DNA of 54,398 nucleotides, filler included, from Stramenopiles sp. TOSAG23-3 (Eukaryota): assembly GCA_900128585.1 (NCBI GenBank). It is 4 parts of 4 records of this genome, joined end to end, with 100 filler letters (N's around TTAATTAATTAA, not from the genome) between each part and the next. Parts side by side here need not be neighbours in the genome. Positions count along the whole stretch, not along the records: positions 50,218 to 52,258 come from LT645133.1; positions 52,359 to 54,398 come from LT645134.1; 2 more parts are not named here. One strand, 5' to 3'. The translations under genes and the position numbers were made by a program. The stretch's first letter is position 1, and the number at the start of each line of letters is the position of its first letter. Positions 51,520 through 54,398 of the stretch are shown here, piece by piece. The notes under the pieces are model-generated. The model did not search any database. It worked only from the letters and a program-made list of their open reading frames with translations, and was not told the origin of the DNA.

Positions 51520-51802
51520 GGCCAAAAACTATAATCTCATCAATACATCCCCGTACCGATACGTTATGCCTTTTCACTTCGTTGGTGTGTAATTTATTTC
51601 GTCTGGTTTTTTTAGTAATACACTTTTTGGAGATATGTTGCTTTCCGGGGTCGAAGTGGAGGTCGAGAATATTAATATTTTAGGTGCCTTCGGTCTTCTT
51701 CGGTGGGGTGGTTGTTTTTTTTTTTTTTATTAATTAATATTATTTGTCGTCGTGAATTTTGAAGAAGAAAGAAGTTGTTTATATAAATAATAAAAATCAT
51801 CT

Positions 51803-51947
51803 TAGGCATTTTTTAGGCACCTGAAAAAAATGTTGTACTTATTATAATAGGTATAAAATATTTTCATTGGTATTATATTTTATACTTGTATTTCAGTGTC
51901 ATATCTTTGTGTTTCTGGTGCCTAAAAAAATGCCTAAAAAAATGCCT
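51803..51947. repeat. Inverted repeat built from TAGGCATTTTTT units (MITE-like or hairpin)
   Basis: taggcattttttaggcacc (51803-51821) versus ggtgcctaaaaaaatgcctaaaaaaatgccta (51917-51948). Confidence 0.7.
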
Positions 51948-52258
51948 AGTAGTTTTTTGCAAAACTTTTTTTTCTGATATATTTTTTTTTGTAAAAAATA
52001 ATATATATTATTTTTTTTCTTCGTCACATAAAAAAGTTTATACTGATATATCAAGTATTCACGGTACAATATTCCCAGACAATTAGTTGCATTTTAAATT
52101 TAACTTTAAATATTATTTATACCAAGTTTTGAATCTTAATACTTGTAGATTGCGCACGGAAGCAACCTGTCCGTCCGTATTCTAAATTAAAATATTTTTT
52201 TAAACGTAACTGCTCTTTTCCAAATATTCACCCGGTGGAATCTCCGCAGAATGGCAGT

Positions 52259-52358
52259 NNNNNNNNNNNNNNNNNNNNNNNNNNNNNNNNNNNNNNNNNN
52301 NNTTAATTAATTAANNNNNNNNNNNNNNNNNNNNNNNNNNNNNNNNNNNNNNNNNNNN
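52259..52358. other. Artificial contig linker
   Basis: N44-TTAATTAATTAA-N44. Confidence 0.97.
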
Positions 52359-52437
52359 ATAGATATAGCAAGGGTATCCTTTATAACAACAATGTAAGGG
52401 TCATATTTTGATAAGAAGAGATGTATTCATATTAAAC
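52359..52437 (+). repeat. Left arm of a perfect 79-bp inverted repeat bounding the last contig
   Basis: atagatatagcaagggtatcc...gtattcatattaaac is the exact reverse complement of 54320-54398. Confidence 0.95.
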
Positions 52438-52754
52438 GCATGACTTCAAGAACTAAACTAAATAAACTAAAGAAGGAAGGAAGGGAGTTTGTGCGTGATG
52501 AAAGTGATTGTATTTCTATGTTTTATAATTTAAAGTTGTTCGTTTAAGATAGAAAGAGAAACCGAAACCTATAAATGTAATATACATATTAAATTATATT
52601 ATATATATATATCAATTATAAATAAACATAATCATATTAATGTAATTAACATTATTATCTTAAACGTCCTTGTTTTGCAGATAGGTAGGTATAATAAGTA
52701 AAGAGCAAGCAATATCATTCATACTACACGCACAGTGTTGTTAACTCTAAAACC

Positions 52755-53090
52755 CTTTCTTTCTTTCTTCTTCTTCTTCTTCTTCTTCTCTCTTCCCTCT
52801 TCTTTCTTCTCTCTTCTTTCTTCTCTCTTCTCTCTTCTCTCTTCTCTCTTCTCTCTTCTCTCTTCCTTCTCTTCCTTCTCTTCTCTTCCCTCTTCCCTCT
52901 TCTTTCTTCTCTCTTCTCTCTTCTTTCTTCTCTCTTCCCTCTTCTCTCTTCTCTCTTCTCTCTTCTCTCTTCTCTCTTCCTTCTCTTCTCTTCTCTTCTC
53001 TTCTCTTCCCTCTTCTCTCTTCTCTCTTCCCTCTTCTCTCTTCTCTCTTCCCTCTTCTCTTCCTTCTCTTCCTTCTCTTCCTTCTTCCTC
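52755..53090 (+). repeat. Polypyrimidine (CTT/TTCTCTC)n low-complexity tract, ~335 bp
   Basis: Almost exclusively C/T. Confidence 0.95.
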
Positions 53091-53448
53091 GAGGAGTCCG
53101 TTCAAGTCAATTCACCGAATGAATCACACAGCATCGACTACGTACTCGTATAGTCGTCTATATAATTATGAAGAATTTTTAGGGAAAATAAATAAACATA
53201 CACATGTGGATGGTGCATGATGATGAATTGAGAATAATACAGAAGAAATATATATTATTATTATTAAATAACAACTACTAAATGTAGAGATAGAAGAAGA
53301 AGAATAGAGAGAGAAAGAAGAGAAAGACAATATCTTGATGCAAACGCAAGATCAGGACGTTGCACGTGCGTCCACACACACCTCATTCAATAAGTCGACG
53401 TCGAAGAAATTTCGGTGAAAAGACGATACGACTGCAAAGCTCAAAAGT

Positions 53449-54264
53449 ATGACTAGTGCATATGAGCGTGCACGCCTGGCCAACATTGCTAGGAATGAGG
53501 CCAAGCTGCGTGAGCTTAAGGTTGGAGATTTCAAAAGGCACGTTGCAGAACAACGGGAAAACGAAAGGCAGCAACGTAGAAGGAGAAAGAGAAAGGCTAG
53601 CACATTGCCACCGAGGCCATTGCGACGTAGTAGAAGGGCCAAGAGGCAGCCACCGCCGGCTCTTTATACGCCACTTGATGCAGACGAGGAACGGAAGCAA
53701 GAAGAGAGTCAACGTCAAGAGGAAATATCAAAAGGTTGGCGAAACAGTTTAGGTGTATGGAGAGGCGAAATGTTTGGGGAGGTCCCTGGCGTTCCTGTTG
53801 GGGCCGTTTTTGGCCCTGGTGACTACCAGCGACTAGGTCGTTTCGAAATGTCGCGCACAGGATTCTTCAAACCTTTTGTCACCCCAGAATGGATTGATAA
53901 TGCCACCAAGGAGGTTTACGCTGTGGTAGTCAATAACGACAACGGTTTGTCTGTGGACAGAGGTGATGTGATTGAATACGCAGGCTCTGGTGGTCGACTG
54001 CGAGGGCAAAATAGAACAGCCGAGCAATCTTTCCATCAAAATTGGAAGAGTGCAACAAATGCCGCTTTGCGTAAAAACTTCGAATCAGGTCGCCCTGTTC
54101 GAGTCATTCGCGGACCTAAGTGTAGGGGAAAATATGGCACCAACGATAGTGGCGGGGGCTACAGGTATGATGGACTCTTCAGGGTTGAAAAGGCTGAAAT
54201 GCGCGAAACAGGTCGGCGTAAACTCCAAACAGCAATGTTTACACTCAGGCTTATTCCATCTTAA
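53449..54264 (+). CDS. Stand-alone SRA/YDG-domain protein, 271 aa
   Basis: FGEVPGVPVGAVF, DRGDVIEYAGSGGR, NAALRKN...PVRVIRG and YRYDGLFRVE. N-terminal SAYERARLANIARN helix and a basic NLS-like run. Confidence 0.88.
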   Translation: MTSAYERARLANIARNEAKLRELKVGDFKRHVAEQRENERQQRRRRKRKASTLPPRPLRRSRRAKRQPPPALYTPLDADEERKQEESQRQEEISKGWRNSLGVWRGEMFGEVPGVPVGAVFGPGDYQRLGRFEMSRTGFFKPFVTPEWIDNATKEVYAVVVNNDNGLSVDRGDVIEYAGSGGRLRGQNRTAEQSFHQNWKSATNAALRKNFESGRPVRVIRGPKCRGKYGTNDSGGGYRYDGLFRVEKAEMRETGRRKLQTAMFTLRLIPS

Positions 54265-54319
54265 CTTATGCGAGGTGACACTTTTTTGTAACACTATATA
54301 TAAATTTGATTTTTTCAAG

Positions 54320-54398
54320 GTTTAATATGAATACATCTCTTCTTATCAAAATATGACCCTTACATTGTTGTTATAAAGGATACCCTTGCTATATCTAT
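54320..54398 (-). repeat. Right arm of the perfect 79-bp inverted repeat
   Basis: Exact reverse complement of 52359-52437. Confidence 0.95.

Noticed and set aside
50218..54398. Functional linkage of the SRA or EF-hand genes to the Ubl-OTU-helicase locus
   Set aside because: Separated by artificial linkers, so physical adjacency is not established.

Overview
Eukaryotic, gene-dense and intron-poor protist DNA. An axonemal-type dynein gene implies a flagellated lineage; finer taxonomy cannot be fixed from this window. GC-rich coding islands sit in AT-rich spacers full of GAA/GAAA/CTT tracts. The window is a pseudo-scaffold of four contigs (1-25017, 25118-50117, 50218-52258, 52359-54398) joined by artificial N44-TTAATTAATTAA-N44 linkers, so adjacency across linkers is meaningless. 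About 23 protein genes are supported, including WDR82, ORC3, ECHDC3, GINS1 (1 intron), DDB1, PPP4R2, peroxisomal acyl-CoA oxidase, a BASS/SLC10 transporter (1 intron), a CAR-type GPCR and ERp29-like, purple acid phosphatase-like and EF-hand proteins. The top candidate for an undescribed system is a 1972-aa ORF (40960-46878, -) combining hydrophobic segment(s), a ubiquitin-like domain ending in Gly-Gly, an intact OTU protease, a Z1-type SF2 helicase/ATPase and a Myb-like repeat; it is divergent from an ankyrin/DUF4116 gene. Also notable: a dynein heavy chain whose tail is joined in frame to its extreme C-terminus with no motor; a stand-alone SRA gene with an altered base pocket on a contig bounded by a perfect 79-bp inverted repeat; a UBA-less PB1/degenerate-ZZ protein with a C-terminal LIR-like motif; two genes each broken by one extra G in a long G run; and a candidate structured RNA. 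All family calls come from motif recognition by eye, not database searches.
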